A stretch of DNA of 64,000 bases from a virus, in the IMG/VR virus record IMGVR_UViG_3300042309_002885, positions 1 through 64,000 of that record. One strand, given 5' to 3'. The translations under genes were made by a program, and so were the position numbers. This document shows, one piece after another, positions 1-9,071 of this stretch. Below the pieces are notes generated by a model that was given only the letters and a program-made list of their open reading frames with translations, did not search any database and had not been told where the DNA came from. Positions within the stretch are counted from its first letter, which is position 1; every line of letters starts with the position of its first letter.

Positions 1-435
1 CTACCAAATATATTCATAAGAATATCTAATACCTTTTGTTTGATTGTTTCTAGATGTGGTCAGGGTAGTTAGTGTGAGACATCTACAGTTGTCTGCTAAC
101 TCTATTGGTATGTTATACCACTCATTAGTATCAGGGCAGTAGACTAAAAACATATCTATTTCTTCTGAACAATATTTTTTATATACAGGTTTACCTTCCT
201 GTGTTTTTCTTCCGTTTTGATGTTTTGTAAATGATATAGATATTCTATCGTTGTAAGTACTAATATATTTTATCTGAACTTTCTTATACACGCCATCAAT
301 ACAAGCAAGGTAATCAACTCTGCTTCCTGAACTAACTGGCTTATAAACGTCTATGTCGCGCTTGATACATTCTAACTCAAATAGCTTTTCAGCTATATCA
401 CCTTTTTTCCTTGAATCTTCTGATCTCTTATCCAT
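1..435 (-). CDS. PD-(D/E)XK endonuclease (PDDEXK_5-like, putative free-standing homing endonuclease)
   Basis: KGDIAE...VDY...VQIK nuclease motifs; adjacent to tRNA genes; GACTAAATA late motif at 441-449 (minus strand). Confidence 0.75.
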   Translation of the reverse strand: MDKRSEDSRKKGDIAEKLFELECIKRDIDVYKPVSSGSRVDYLACIDGVYKKVQIKYISTYNDRISISFTKHQNGRKTQEGKPVYKKYCSEEIDMFLVYCPDTNEWYNIPIELADNCRCLTLTTLTTSRNNQTKGIRYSYEYIW

Positions 436-525
436 AATAGTATTTAGTCCATCCGATACGGTATCGGGCGGTCTTTTATAAAAAATTGATTTTTTAAAAG
501 GAACTAATATATACTATAAATATAA

Positions 526-604
526 CCGCGAGTGGCTGAGATGAACAAAGCACCTTCTTTATAAGGGGGAATATGTGTGGGTTTGAATCCCACCTCGCGG
601 ACCA
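526..604 (+). tRNA. tRNA-Ile (anticodon TAT)
   Basis: Acceptor CCGCGAG/CTCGCGG, anticodon stem CCTTC/GGGGG with loop TTTATAA, T arm GTGGG-TTTGAAT-CCCAC, discriminator A, encoded CCA. Confidence 0.85.
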
Positions 605-607
605 AAT

Positions 608-684
608 GGGAGTGTAGCTCAGCTGGATAGAGCAACAGATTTCTAATCTGTGGGCCGGGGATTCGAATTCCTCCACTCTCACCA
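608..684 (+). tRNA. tRNA-Arg (anticodon TCT)
   Basis: Acceptor GGGAGTG/CACTCTC, D arm GCTC/GAGC, anticodon ACAGA-TTTCTAA-TCTGT, T loop TTCGAAT, encoded CCA. Confidence 0.92.
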
Positions 685-730
685 TTCTTTCTCTTTAACA
701 TCTGTTACATATATAAATAATGTAACGGTT

Positions 731-1150
731 ATGGCAGATAAAGATCCTTATATATACAGAATACGTACAGTTAATAAAATTGTAGATGGCGACACAATAG
801 ATGCAGATATTGATCTCGGTTTTGATATCTCATTAGCAAAGAGAATAAGATTAGGTAGCGTTGATACTCCCGAGAGTAGAACAACTGATCTAAAAGAAAA
901 GGCTCTTGGCCTAGAGTCAAAGGAGTGGTTAAAGAAGAAGCTTGAAGGCGCTAAGAATGTCCTTATTAAGACCGAGCTTCCTGACTCAACAGAGAAGTAC
1001 GGTAGAATTATCGGACACTTGTTCATTAACGAACAAACAACATCCCTCAATAATCAGATGATCAATGAGGGATATGCTTGGAGATACGATGGTGGTACGA
1101 AAAAGAAAGACTATGCTGAGCTAGAAGCTAAGCGTAATAAGCAGTCTTAA
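731..1150 (+). CDS. Staphylococcal-nuclease (thermonuclease) family protein
   Basis: VDGDTIDA...RIRLGSVDTPE...EKYGRII motifs; true start ATG 731 after TATAAATA at 712-719 (the track start at 650 lies inside the tRNA). Confidence 0.85.
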   Translation: MADKDPYIYRIRTVNKIVDGDTIDADIDLGFDISLAKRIRLGSVDTPESRTTDLKEKALGLESKEWLKKKLEGAKNVLIKTELPDSTEKYGRIIGHLFINEQTTSLNNQMINEGYAWRYDGGTKKKDYAELEAKRNKQS

Positions 1151-1833
1151 TTTCTGCGTCTTATAATTAACAGAGCAGCTAATCCTAGAGGTAAAAGCAT
1201 TGAGGTGCTTATTTCTGGTATAGCAGGTTGTCCTATAATAACACCTTCAACATTAGGAGCTGATTCGTTAATGTAGAATGCATCCATTCCAAAGCAGAAT
1301 GCTCCTTCACCGTATATACGGAATAGATCTACATTATCAAACTCATTATTTAAAATGATATTTGACACCTCACTAATGCCCCAGTCTTCGATTGGTAGTA
1401 GGTATGAAGCTGTTACTGCAGATCCATTACGGTATCCTTGAACATAGATATGCTCGTCACCAGTAGCATGTCCACCACCGTGTGCTGTGTTAGAGGTAAT
1501 GATGAAGTAGTTAAGATCAAACGTAGTGCCGTCTACGCTGCTTATATCAATTGATGTTAATCCACTCGTCCAGTGACCGTGAATAACATCATTGGATGAT
1601 CCATAATAGTTGCCGATAGTCTGTGGAAAGTAGCTACCAGATGATACTACATAGTTCAATTGAAACCCGCTCTCAACATAAGAAGCTATGTTATAGAAGG
1701 TATCTGTTTCAGAAGTAACATGTGGAATGTTATCAGCATCTATTGCAGTACCTCCTGTGAAGGTTATGACTGTTGCTTTTGCACTGAACATCATCAATGC
1801 ACCGATTAGTGTTGCTAGTATTGTTTTTTTCAT
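1147..1833 (-). CDS. Secreted PEP-CTERM (exosortase-target) protein
   Basis: N-terminal signal peptide MKKTILATLIGALMMFSAKA; C-terminal IPE-ISTSMLLPLGLAALLII-RRRN (PEP-like motif, TM helix, basic tail). Confidence 0.85.
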   Translation of the reverse strand: MKKTILATLIGALMMFSAKATVITFTGGTAIDADNIPHVTSETDTFYNIASYVESGFQLNYVVSSGSYFPQTIGNYYGSSNDVIHGHWTSGLTSIDISSVDGTTFDLNYFIITSNTAHGGGHATGDEHIYVQGYRNGSAVTASYLLPIEDWGISEVSNIILNNEFDNVDLFRIYGEGAFCFGMDAFYINESAPNVEGVIIGQPAIPEISTSMLLPLGLAALLIIRRRN

Positions 1834-2009
1834 TTTTTGAATCTCTTTCCGAGAGTGGTTAAGCCTTTGATGGCTGATTGTAAAAGTTTACCAAGCTTGC
1901 TATCCTTAGGAACAAAGCATGCTAGTGTTGAAAGTATGCCAACTATTGCTACAGATAAATCGATAGCTTGTTGCTGTACCGGTTCGAGAGCTTTTATTAT
2001 TGCATCCAT
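1830..2009 (-). CDS. Small membrane protein (59 aa)
   Basis: Below track threshold; MDAIIKALEP...LSVAIVGILSTLACFV...GKRFKK; its TGA overlaps the ATG of the PEP-CTERM gene. Confidence 0.6.
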   Translation of the reverse strand: MDAIIKALEPVQQQAIDLSVAIVGILSTLACFVPKDSKLGKLLQSAIKGLTTLGKRFKK

Positions 2010-2011
2010 GT

Positions 2012-2635
2012 TTATTCGGGTAATGGGTTTGTATTGGTTGTATCAGGTGGCACTATCGGTGCTTCAAACGGACTAGGTTCAGAATTATTATCAGGTGTAG
2101 GCGTATTGTTGCTTTCTGTCTCGTTTTGAGATTGACTTGAAGACGGGTCACCTACTATAAAGTTTTTAATTGTTGTTAGGATAGGAAATTCCTTTTCTAG
2201 CACTGCATAGACCACAGCTCCGTTTTTATAGACGACCTGGCTTTGAGCATATGCAGCTGTACTCATAGCTATAATACCGGCTAAGCCAATTACTTTTAAT
2301 TGATTGCGTAGGTACTCTCTATAAGATTTCTTACCCTGTCTGGTGTTCTGGAGCTTTTGAAACTTCTCATCGCTTATAACAGGCTCTTCTTTCTCTTCTT
2401 GAGGTACTTCTTCTTTAGACTCTTCTTCTTTTGTCTCGTCTTTAGCTTCCTCTTTAGACTCTTCCTCTTTAGGTTTTTCTTCTTTACAGGGACAGGGAGG
2501 ATTTCTACATTCTTCTAACTGCTTGAGTAGCAACAAAGCAGCATCACGAGCTTTTGTTTCAAGCTCTGTTCTTGTGCAGTATTCTCTAATAAACTGCTCA
2601 GTTATTTCTAAATTTTGCTTATTTTTATCGTTCAT
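2012..2635 (-). CDS. Membrane-anchored protein with acidic E/K-rich tract
   Basis: KEESKEE repeats, internal hydrophobic segment VIGLAGIIAMSTAAYA, Pro/Asn-rich tail. Confidence 0.6.
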   Translation of the reverse strand: MNDKNKQNLEITEQFIREYCTRTELETKARDAALLLLKQLEECRNPPCPCKEEKPKEEESKEEAKDETKEEESKEEVPQEEKEEPVISDEKFQKLQNTRQGKKSYREYLRNQLKVIGLAGIIAMSTAAYAQSQVVYKNGAVVYAVLEKEFPILTTIKNFIVGDPSSSQSQNETESNNTPTPDNNSEPSPFEAPIVPPDTTNTNPLPE

Positions 2636-2659
2636 TTTGAATAATAACCCTGGTACATT

Positions 2660-2697
2660 ATTATTTATGAAAAAACAGTTGATTTTTCATAAATAAT
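2660..2697. repeat. Perfect 15-bp inverted repeat between divergent genes
   Basis: ATTATTTATGAAAAA-N8-TTTTTCATAAATAAT; carries CATAAATA on both strands. Confidence 0.7.
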
Positions 2698-2747
2698 GCC
2701 TATATAGGCTTCTGTTTGCTCTCAAAGGAACTCTAATATAATTAGGT

Positions 2748-2957
2748 ATGCCTAGAAATAACTCCTATATTCTGCTCGTTGATTGGAGCAATGGATCAAC
2801 AGAATACATTGAAAGTCGAACGAAAGACATACATACTAAACGTCTCAATGCATTGCGTCAAACTGCTGATGTTGAATACATTCGTGTCTTAGAGAATCCT
2901 AAGCAATCATACATGTGGAGTAATCCTAATTGCTCCCCTGAAGAGAGCTGGATTTAA
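2748..2957 (+). CDS. Small hypothetical protein
   Basis: Behind GGAAC motif 2727. Confidence 0.65.
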   Translation: MPRNNSYILLVDWSNGSTEYIESRTKDIHTKRLNALRQTADVEYIRVLENPKQSYMWSNPNCSPEESWI

Positions 2958-2981
2958 TAGGAACTACTCTATAATAACTAT

Positions 2982-3152
2982 ATGACAGTCCAATTAATTA
3001 TTAATTATCTTTTTTACTCCGCTCTCTGCCTAACGTTGCCGTATGTATGCGTGAAAGCGTATTTTTCTGCAAAGAACCGAAGAGTGAAAGTAGCTGCTGT
3101 TACAGCTTTTCTTTCCTTTCTATACCTCGGACTTTACTGCATGACCTATTAA
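2982..3152 (+). CDS. Small two-TM hypothetical protein
   Basis: Below track threshold; behind GGAAC motif 2960; MTVQLIINYLFYSALCL... Confidence 0.6.
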   Translation: MTVQLIINYLFYSALCLTLPYVCVKAYFSAKNRRVKVAAVTAFLSFLYLGLYCMTY

Positions 3153-3156
3153 ATTT

Positions 3157-3315
3157 ATGGAACCAAAAGATACATCAAAAAGACATTTTTACATCTCGCT
3201 AGTTAAATCGCTTTTTAGGATTGCTGCAGGTACTGCACTAATCTTCGGATGCGTAATTGGTGCAGGAGCACTTCTAGTAATTGCTGAAGTTCTCGGTATT
3301 GCAGAAGAACTATAA
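3157..3315 (+). CDS. Small hydrophobic phage protein
   Basis: Below track threshold; MEPKDTSKRHFYISLVKSLFRIAAG...AEVLGIAEEL. Confidence 0.6.
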   Translation: MEPKDTSKRHFYISLVKSLFRIAAGTALIFGCVIGAGALLVIAEVLGIAEEL

Positions 3316-3398
3316 CAAAGTTAATAGATTTATGAAAAAGACACTAACGCTAATTGCTGCATGTCTTTTCGTCGAGCTGCTTAAATATTAATAATATT

Positions 3399-5087
3399 GT
3401 GGAAGCTTCTAAACATAAAATATACATGTCTTTTTGGACTGGTGCTAATCAGGGTGATGGTGCTTTTTCTGATAAATATAATAATACTTACAGAAATAAA
3501 ATTGCAGCCGAACTTACTTTAAAGTCTATTGAATCTATTAAAGCAGCTTACGGTGAGATAAATTTAATAACAGATAACAAGGGTGCTGAGATTTTTGGAT
3601 GTTATGATTGGACGACAATAGATACATCACTCGAGCAACTACCGAAAGAATACGGCGAGGTTTGGAGCTTAGGAAAGCTTAAAGCGTTTAATATTATTGC
3701 AAATAAAGGCGAACCGTTTTTTCATTTTGATCATGATGTATTTATAAACAAACGATTACCGCCTGAGATTGAATCAGCAGGTGTAGTTTTTCAGTCTCCA
3801 GAATATATTTATTCTAAATATCATTACGACTTACCGCTGTTTATTCGTGGTGGTGTATGCCCGCATAGATTAATACCTGATAATTTTACATCAGTAAATG
3901 ATACTGGAGATATAACTCGTGATATTGTTGCATTTAACTGTGGTGTGGTAGGTGGTTTAGATGTAGATTTTTTTAAATTTTATTCTCACACAGCTCTCGA
4001 AATGGTGCTACACCCAGCAAATGCAAAATTGTGGCTAACGCCGAATAGTGTTTGGATGGCGGAGAGACCTAAGACATTCATGTCATGGACAAAAGCGGTG
4101 TTAGCTGAGCAATATCATGCTGCGGTTACCTGCAATTATCTTAATATTACTCCTACGTTCGTCGTTCCCCAGCCATATGATCAAACTAAAATGATTCGTG
4201 ATTGGGAGACAGGCATCGAGCGCTTTAATTATGTACATTTATTTGGAGGGTTTAAGTCTCGCCTTAATATAGATCGCATTTTAAACCCAAACTCCATAGT
4301 ACGTAACTACCCAATTATGCACCATTGTGGTACCCCCAATACAATCTGTGCAGTGTTAATAGATTATCCAGAGAGTGAATCATTTTTAAAAAATAATATT
4401 AAACAACTTGAAGGTAAGACTTTTAATATTGACACTATTAAAAGTAAAAATGATATATCTTTTGCTGCAACATTTATACAATCACTAAAGATTTTTTTTA
4501 ACAGTTCTCGAGATACGCTTTTTTTAGTAGATGGTGGTGTAGTTATTGATGATTGGGATGCTCTTGTTTGTAGGGGAGAGTTTTATAGAACTGCTTATGC
4601 GTATGGTATATTCTCGGTTACGACTGAGTGTGAAATTCGCGCAGGCTTTAATATTACGAATCAGGTCAATGCTCTAAACGAGAGAAATAACAACATTGAG
4701 GTTGCAACTGCTGCGCAGCCCCGTTGCACGTTTTTTTCGTATCATGTGCTTAGATTGTTTGCAGATTTGTATGATTTAGAAGCTAACCCTATAGAGGATA
4801 TGTATAGTGTATTGATTACACTATGCGCTATATCTTTATATCTTGAACTGCCAATTATTATTGATAAAACGCAGGTAAAGCTACCACACCGTGTTGATAG
4901 CTTTATTGGTGATTTAGGACAATGCACTTATACGCCAATAATTGCGGATCAGAAAATTACACGAATAGCGCAATTAATACACGATACACGCACTACAAAA
5001 AGCGATACAGCTATTGATGCTGCTAAAAAGCATGAGAAGCGTGTTGAAATAGTTTCTAAATTGTGTAGAGCGTCTGGTATTTTGTAG
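3399..5087 (+). CDS. DUF6734-like putative glycosyltransferase with additional C-terminal domain
   Basis: YMSFW...LITD..G...WSLGKLKA...PFFHFDHDV (DxD-like)...FNCGVVGG; probable GTG start at 3399 after TTAAATA. Confidence 0.55.
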   Translation: MEASKHKIYMSFWTGANQGDGAFSDKYNNTYRNKIAAELTLKSIESIKAAYGEINLITDNKGAEIFGCYDWTTIDTSLEQLPKEYGEVWSLGKLKAFNIIANKGEPFFHFDHDVFINKRLPPEIESAGVVFQSPEYIYSKYHYDLPLFIRGGVCPHRLIPDNFTSVNDTGDITRDIVAFNCGVVGGLDVDFFKFYSHTALEMVLHPANAKLWLTPNSVWMAERPKTFMSWTKAVLAEQYHAAVTCNYLNITPTFVVPQPYDQTKMIRDWETGIERFNYVHLFGGFKSRLNIDRILNPNSIVRNYPIMHHCGTPNTICAVLIDYPESESFLKNNIKQLEGKTFNIDTIKSKNDISFAATFIQSLKIFFNSSRDTLFLVDGGVVIDDWDALVCRGEFYRTAYAYGIFSVTTECEIRAGFNITNQVNALNERNNNIEVATAAQPRCTFFSYHVLRLFADLYDLEANPIEDMYSVLITLCAISLYLELPIIIDKTQVKLPHRVDSFIGDLGQCTYTPIIADQKITRIAQLIHDTRTTKSDTAIDAAKKHEKRVEIVSKLCRASGIL

Positions 5088-5119
5088 ATTTTCTTTTATT
5101 GTTGTTTATAATTATTGCA

Positions 5120-8100
5120 ATGAAAAACAGTATACCTGTCTATTGCATTAATCTTAAACGCGCTACAGAAAGGAGAGAATATATACAGAGCGAGTGGATT
5201 GAAAAGCGTAACATAAATGTTGTGTTTTTTGAAGGTTATGATATGCAATATGCTGATAAGGATACTCTGCCAGAGCCTTATCGCAGCAACCTTAAAAACG
5301 TTGGCCATTCTTTGACAGAGGCTATACGTGGAGGTTATACAGAGGGTAGATGGCCGCAACAAAACATGAAGTTGGGACCTATTTGCTGCACTATTTCCCA
5401 TTGTCAGTTATTAGAGCGGTTAATAGCTGATAATATAGAAGAAGCTGTAATATTAGAGGATGATGCTATACCTTTATTTGAGACACGGGAAGAGTTTTTT
5501 AATGCTCTTGAGATGTGCAAAAAGGAGATGGTTAACGTCGAGGTATTACTGTTACACAAATATAGCACATCTTCTTGTAGGGAGTTAAAAGTAAAGGAAG
5601 AAAAAAATAACTATAAGGTACTCAGTGAGGGTATAACATGTACACAGGCTATATATTACACACGACAGGGTATGTTAGATGCTTTAAAAGATGCGTCTAA
5701 GTTTATTGCACCTATGGATTGGACTTGGGATATTAGTATATGCAGAAGGGGAGCTCTAGCTCTAATTAATAAACCGCTTACAAAACACTCATCTGGCGGT
5801 ACAACTTATTTGTGTCAATCAGGACCACGTATGTTTATAAGCGGGAGCAAAAAAGATAGTTTAATGAAGCTATTTGAAAAATATCAAGCTCCTCATATAA
5901 GCGTTTACCCATTTTATAACACGCAGGGACTTACACTTGATCAGCACTTTTTAAGATTTTATAAAAAAAATATTGAACGATTTGATAAGCTAAAATATGT
6001 TTTCATACCTGTGTGCTGGACGGATCTATACTGTAAAGCAAACTACCTGGAATTGTATGAAGAACTTCAAACGCTGATAACTAAGACGCTAATACACGAC
6101 GAGCTTAATAATGTTCAGTATTTTACCTTAACGCAACACGACGACGGTATTAAGCAACAATTACCACTAGGTACGGTTATATTCGGTGCTGGTAGCTGTG
6201 GTGTAAATACCGTGCATATTCCTCTTATATGTAATAAAACAATAACTGATAGTCTTGTTTTTAAATCCCTCGAACGAGAGTATAAAAAAGATATCTTTTG
6301 TAGTTTTGTAGGTAGTATAACTCACCCTATTCGCGAGACCATTTTTAAAAGATATGAGAGTAACGAGGCTTATAAATTTCATACCAAGACTTGGAGTCAG
6401 CAATGCCCTTTAGAGAAGCAAAAAGAATTTATTAGTATTACGCGTAGGAGTAAATTTACACTATGCCCGCGAGGCTATGGTGTAACAAGCTTTAGATTAT
6501 ATGAAGCAATGCAACTAGGTTCAGTTCCTGTTTATATTTACGATACACCACACCTGCCTTTTTCAGATCTAATAGACTGGAAAAAAATATGCGTTCTTAT
6601 TCATACTAGCCAGGTCGACGAACTCGATAATATTTTAAGATCCATTTCAGATAGCGATTACAATAATATGTTGAGCGCTATTAACGATACATGTATTAAG
6701 TACTTTAATATAGAATACACTTTTGAGTATATGTTAAAGTATCTTGAAGAGTCAAACAAAGTTATACCTGTAGAAGCTGACTATAATGATACAAATATAT
6801 CCTTGACTATTATTACAGCGCTACATCACAAAGATAAAAATATAGGTATAACAGCAAGATCGATTATACCATATCTTAATAATAATTTTAAATGGATAAT
6901 AAAATTTTCAAAAAATGAACTAAGCGAGGAATTAATCGAGCTTGCTAATATAGAACATATTACCGTTATGGGTAACGAGGACAAGTCATTATATGATGGG
7001 CTGAATCAAGCTTTAGCTGTGACCACAACACCGTATTTTCTTGTTCTAGGATCAGGCGATACGATTTGCACTGATGTTTTACAGCAATTAAAAACTAGTG
7101 TAAAACAAAAACCGCAAGCAAATAGTTTTTATTTTGCTGTTAGACATCGCGTAAGTGGTGAAGTTATATTGCCGAATATGTTCGATCAAATTAAAAAGGT
7201 ACAACCGTGCTGTCACCAGGGCGCCATTATGGAGACGCAAAAAGCCCTTATATTAGAGGGATTTGATACTAGATATGAAATTGCAAGCGATTTGGATCTA
7301 ATAATTAAGTATACAGGGAAATATAAAACATTTTTTACAACGGATACAATTATAGCAGAATTTTATGGCGAAGGTGTTTCGGAGCGAAACTTAATTGAAA
7401 GCCTTTTAGAGAATCAGCTCATTAGACATAGATTATTACGTGGTAGTAGTGTAGCAGATATTAATGAGATAGATCTCATTATTAACAAATTCGTTTCTCT
7501 AAAAACTTTTGTTGAGAGTAAGCAAGATAGACCCCTTAAAGGACTTGATCTTACCGAACCAACAAAAATATATACCGTAAGCTCACCAACACACGATACG
7601 TTCTTACCTTGGTTATATACGATAAAAGATGTCTACCCTAATATAGTTATAGATGTATTATATATTGATCAATTATCAGAAAGCGGCGCTTTTTATAAAA
7701 ATGGTTGGTATGAAGCAACATTAGCTAAACTAGAAGCAATTACAAAAATATTGAATAACACTGATAACAGTCTTTTTATTTTTTCGGACACTGATGTGCA
7801 GTTTTTTAAACCGTTTCATAGTATTATTAATAACTTACTACTTACTAACGATATTGTGTTTCAGAACGACTACGACTCATTACAATGCACTGGATTTTTC
7901 GCATGCAGGCAAACACCTTTAATTAAAGACCTTTTCAATAAAGCATTATGGTTACTTAAAAAAAGAAAAAACAACATTTCTGACGATCAGGTCGCAATGC
8001 ATGAAGCGCTAAAGCGATTCCCTCAAATAAAACATGCTATGTTACCAAGGGAGTTTTTCACATATGGGTCTTTTCGTAAAAAAGAAATATGGTCAGGTAT

Positions 8101-8242
8101 ACAGCAAGAATTTGATATTCCGGAAAATATAATAATGCATCATGCAAATTGGACTGTGGGGATACAGAACAAATTAGATATGCTGCAATATGTTCGTGAA
8201 CAATATAATAATATGCAAGAGCATAAGGGAACTATATTATAA
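5120..8242 (+). CDS. Multidomain glycosyltransferase (GT25 + exostosin/GT47 + GT2 + nucleotide-diphospho-sugar transferase)
   Basis: VYCINLKRATERR/ILEDDA (GT25); FCSFVG...SKFTLCPRGYG..SFRLYEAMQLGSVPV (GT47); YDGLNQAL...LGSGD (GT2); FSDTDVQF...CTGFF...DDQ. Confidence 0.8.
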   Translation: MKNSIPVYCINLKRATERREYIQSEWIEKRNINVVFFEGYDMQYADKDTLPEPYRSNLKNVGHSLTEAIRGGYTEGRWPQQNMKLGPICCTISHCQLLERLIADNIEEAVILEDDAIPLFETREEFFNALEMCKKEMVNVEVLLLHKYSTSSCRELKVKEEKNNYKVLSEGITCTQAIYYTRQGMLDALKDASKFIAPMDWTWDISICRRGALALINKPLTKHSSGGTTYLCQSGPRMFISGSKKDSLMKLFEKYQAPHISVYPFYNTQGLTLDQHFLRFYKKNIERFDKLKYVFIPVCWTDLYCKANYLELYEELQTLITKTLIHDELNNVQYFTLTQHDDGIKQQLPLGTVIFGAGSCGVNTVHIPLICNKTITDSLVFKSLEREYKKDIFCSFVGSITHPIRETIFKRYESNEAYKFHTKTWSQQCPLEKQKEFISITRRSKFTLCPRGYGVTSFRLYEAMQLGSVPVYIYDTPHLPFSDLIDWKKICVLIHTSQVDELDNILRSISDSDYNNMLSAINDTCIKYFNIEYTFEYMLKYLEESNKVIPVEADYNDTNISLTIITALHHKDKNIGITARSIIPYLNNNFKWIIKFSKNELSEELIELANIEHITVMGNEDKSLYDGLNQALAVTTTPYFLVLGSGDTICTDVLQQLKTSVKQKPQANSFYFAVRHRVSGEVILPNMFDQIKKVQPCCHQGAIMETQKALILEGFDTRYEIASDLDLIIKYTGKYKTFFTTDTIIAEFYGEGVSERNLIESLLENQLIRHRLLRGSSVADINEIDLIINKFVSLKTFVESKQDRPLKGLDLTEPTKIYTVSSPTHDTFLPWLYTIKDVYPNIVIDVLYIDQLSESGAFYKNGWYEATLAKLEAITKILNNTDNSLFIFSDTDVQFFKPFHSIINNLLLTNDIVFQNDYDSLQCTGFFACRQTPLIKDLFNKALWLLKKRKNNISDDQVAMHEALKRFPQIKHAMLPREFFTYGSFRKKEIWSGIQQEFDIPENIIMHHANWTVGIQNKLDMLQYVREQYNNMQEHKGTIL

Positions 8243-8306
8243 TAAGGCGAAGAGAAAATAAAAAAAGTCTCTTGAAAACAGAAAACAATAGAATACAATA
8301 AGACAT

Positions 8307-8534
8307 ATGAAGAAGACATACGAAACCTGGAGCGAGTACCTCGCAAATCGCAATGCAACTAAGAACCCAAAGACCTTCAACGTCACCTTCCGTCGTACCA
8401 CGACTGGTGAGTTTGAGATCGTTGGTCATCAAGCATTCATGGAAGCCAATCAAGGCCGCACTTCCGAGTGGGTCCGCGTTGACTCCCGCGACCTTGCTCG
8501 TGCCCTCCGTAACAATGGTATCATTGTTAAGTAA
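8307..8534 (+). CDS. Small hypothetical early protein
   Basis: TTGAAA-16-TACAAT just upstream; followed by a terminator. Confidence 0.7.
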   Translation: MKKTYETWSEYLANRNATKNPKTFNVTFRRTTTGEFEIVGHQAFMEANQGRTSEWVRVDSRDLARALRNNGIIVK

Positions 8535-8554
8535 TACATAATAACCATAACTAA

Positions 8555-8586
8555 AACCTCCGAGGGCAACCTCGGAGGTTCTTTAT
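8555..8586 (+). terminator. Rho-independent terminator
   Basis: AACCTCCGAGG-GCAA-CCTCGGAGGTT followed by CTTTATT. Confidence 0.85.
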
Positions 8587-8615
8587 TGTAAAGGGAACTA
8601 TCTTATAATTATCAT

Positions 8616-8831
8616 ATGAAACCGAAATACGAAACTGCATTCATTGCTCTCATCGAAGAGCTAAACGACATTACCAAATACAACGAACAAACAATTCAAG
8701 AGGTTCTGCCTGATCAACGCTTTATCGAAGCACTTCATTATCAGATTGAGAACTCTGCTATTGAGAAGGTGATTGATCTTATTGAAGATACTCTCAAGGA
8801 GCTTGCTGAAGAACAACAATCCAAACAATAA
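8616..8831 (+). CDS. Small hypothetical protein
   Basis: Behind GGAAC motif 8594. Confidence 0.65.
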   Translation: MKPKYETAFIALIEELNDITKYNEQTIQEVLPDQRFIEALHYQIENSAIEKVIDLIEDTLKELAEEQQSKQ

Positions 8832-8832
8832 T

Positions 8833-9051
8833 ATGCAAATTAAATTTCTAAACGACGAGGCATTTAAAACAGGCTACACTCTCCTACACGGTCATAACTT
8901 CATCTTTGATACATACAAATCAGAACGCACAATGAAGTTCTTTTATTTGGAGATGCTAGAGAAGGCAGTGAGTATGCTCACATCACGCAATCTACAAGAA
9001 GGCTCTGATTATACTATTGAAGAGAGTGAGCGATTATGCGCTTTGGTTTAG
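8833..9051 (+). CDS. Small hypothetical protein
   Basis: MQIKFLN start 1 nt after the previous stop. Confidence 0.6.
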   Translation: MQIKFLNDEAFKTGYTLLHGHNFIFDTYKSERTMKFFYLEMLEKAVSMLTSRNLQEGSDYTIEESERLCALV

Positions 9052-9071
9052 TCGCTGACTAAATATAAAGG

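Noticed and set aside
558-564. Reading the first tRNA as an ochre suppressor (TTA)
   Set aside because: The stem defines a 7-nt loop TT-TAT-AA centred on TAT.
494-1050. Track ORFs at 494-685, 504-701, the 650-730 extension and 748-1050
   Set aside because: They overlap the two tRNAs or are antisense to the nuclease gene.
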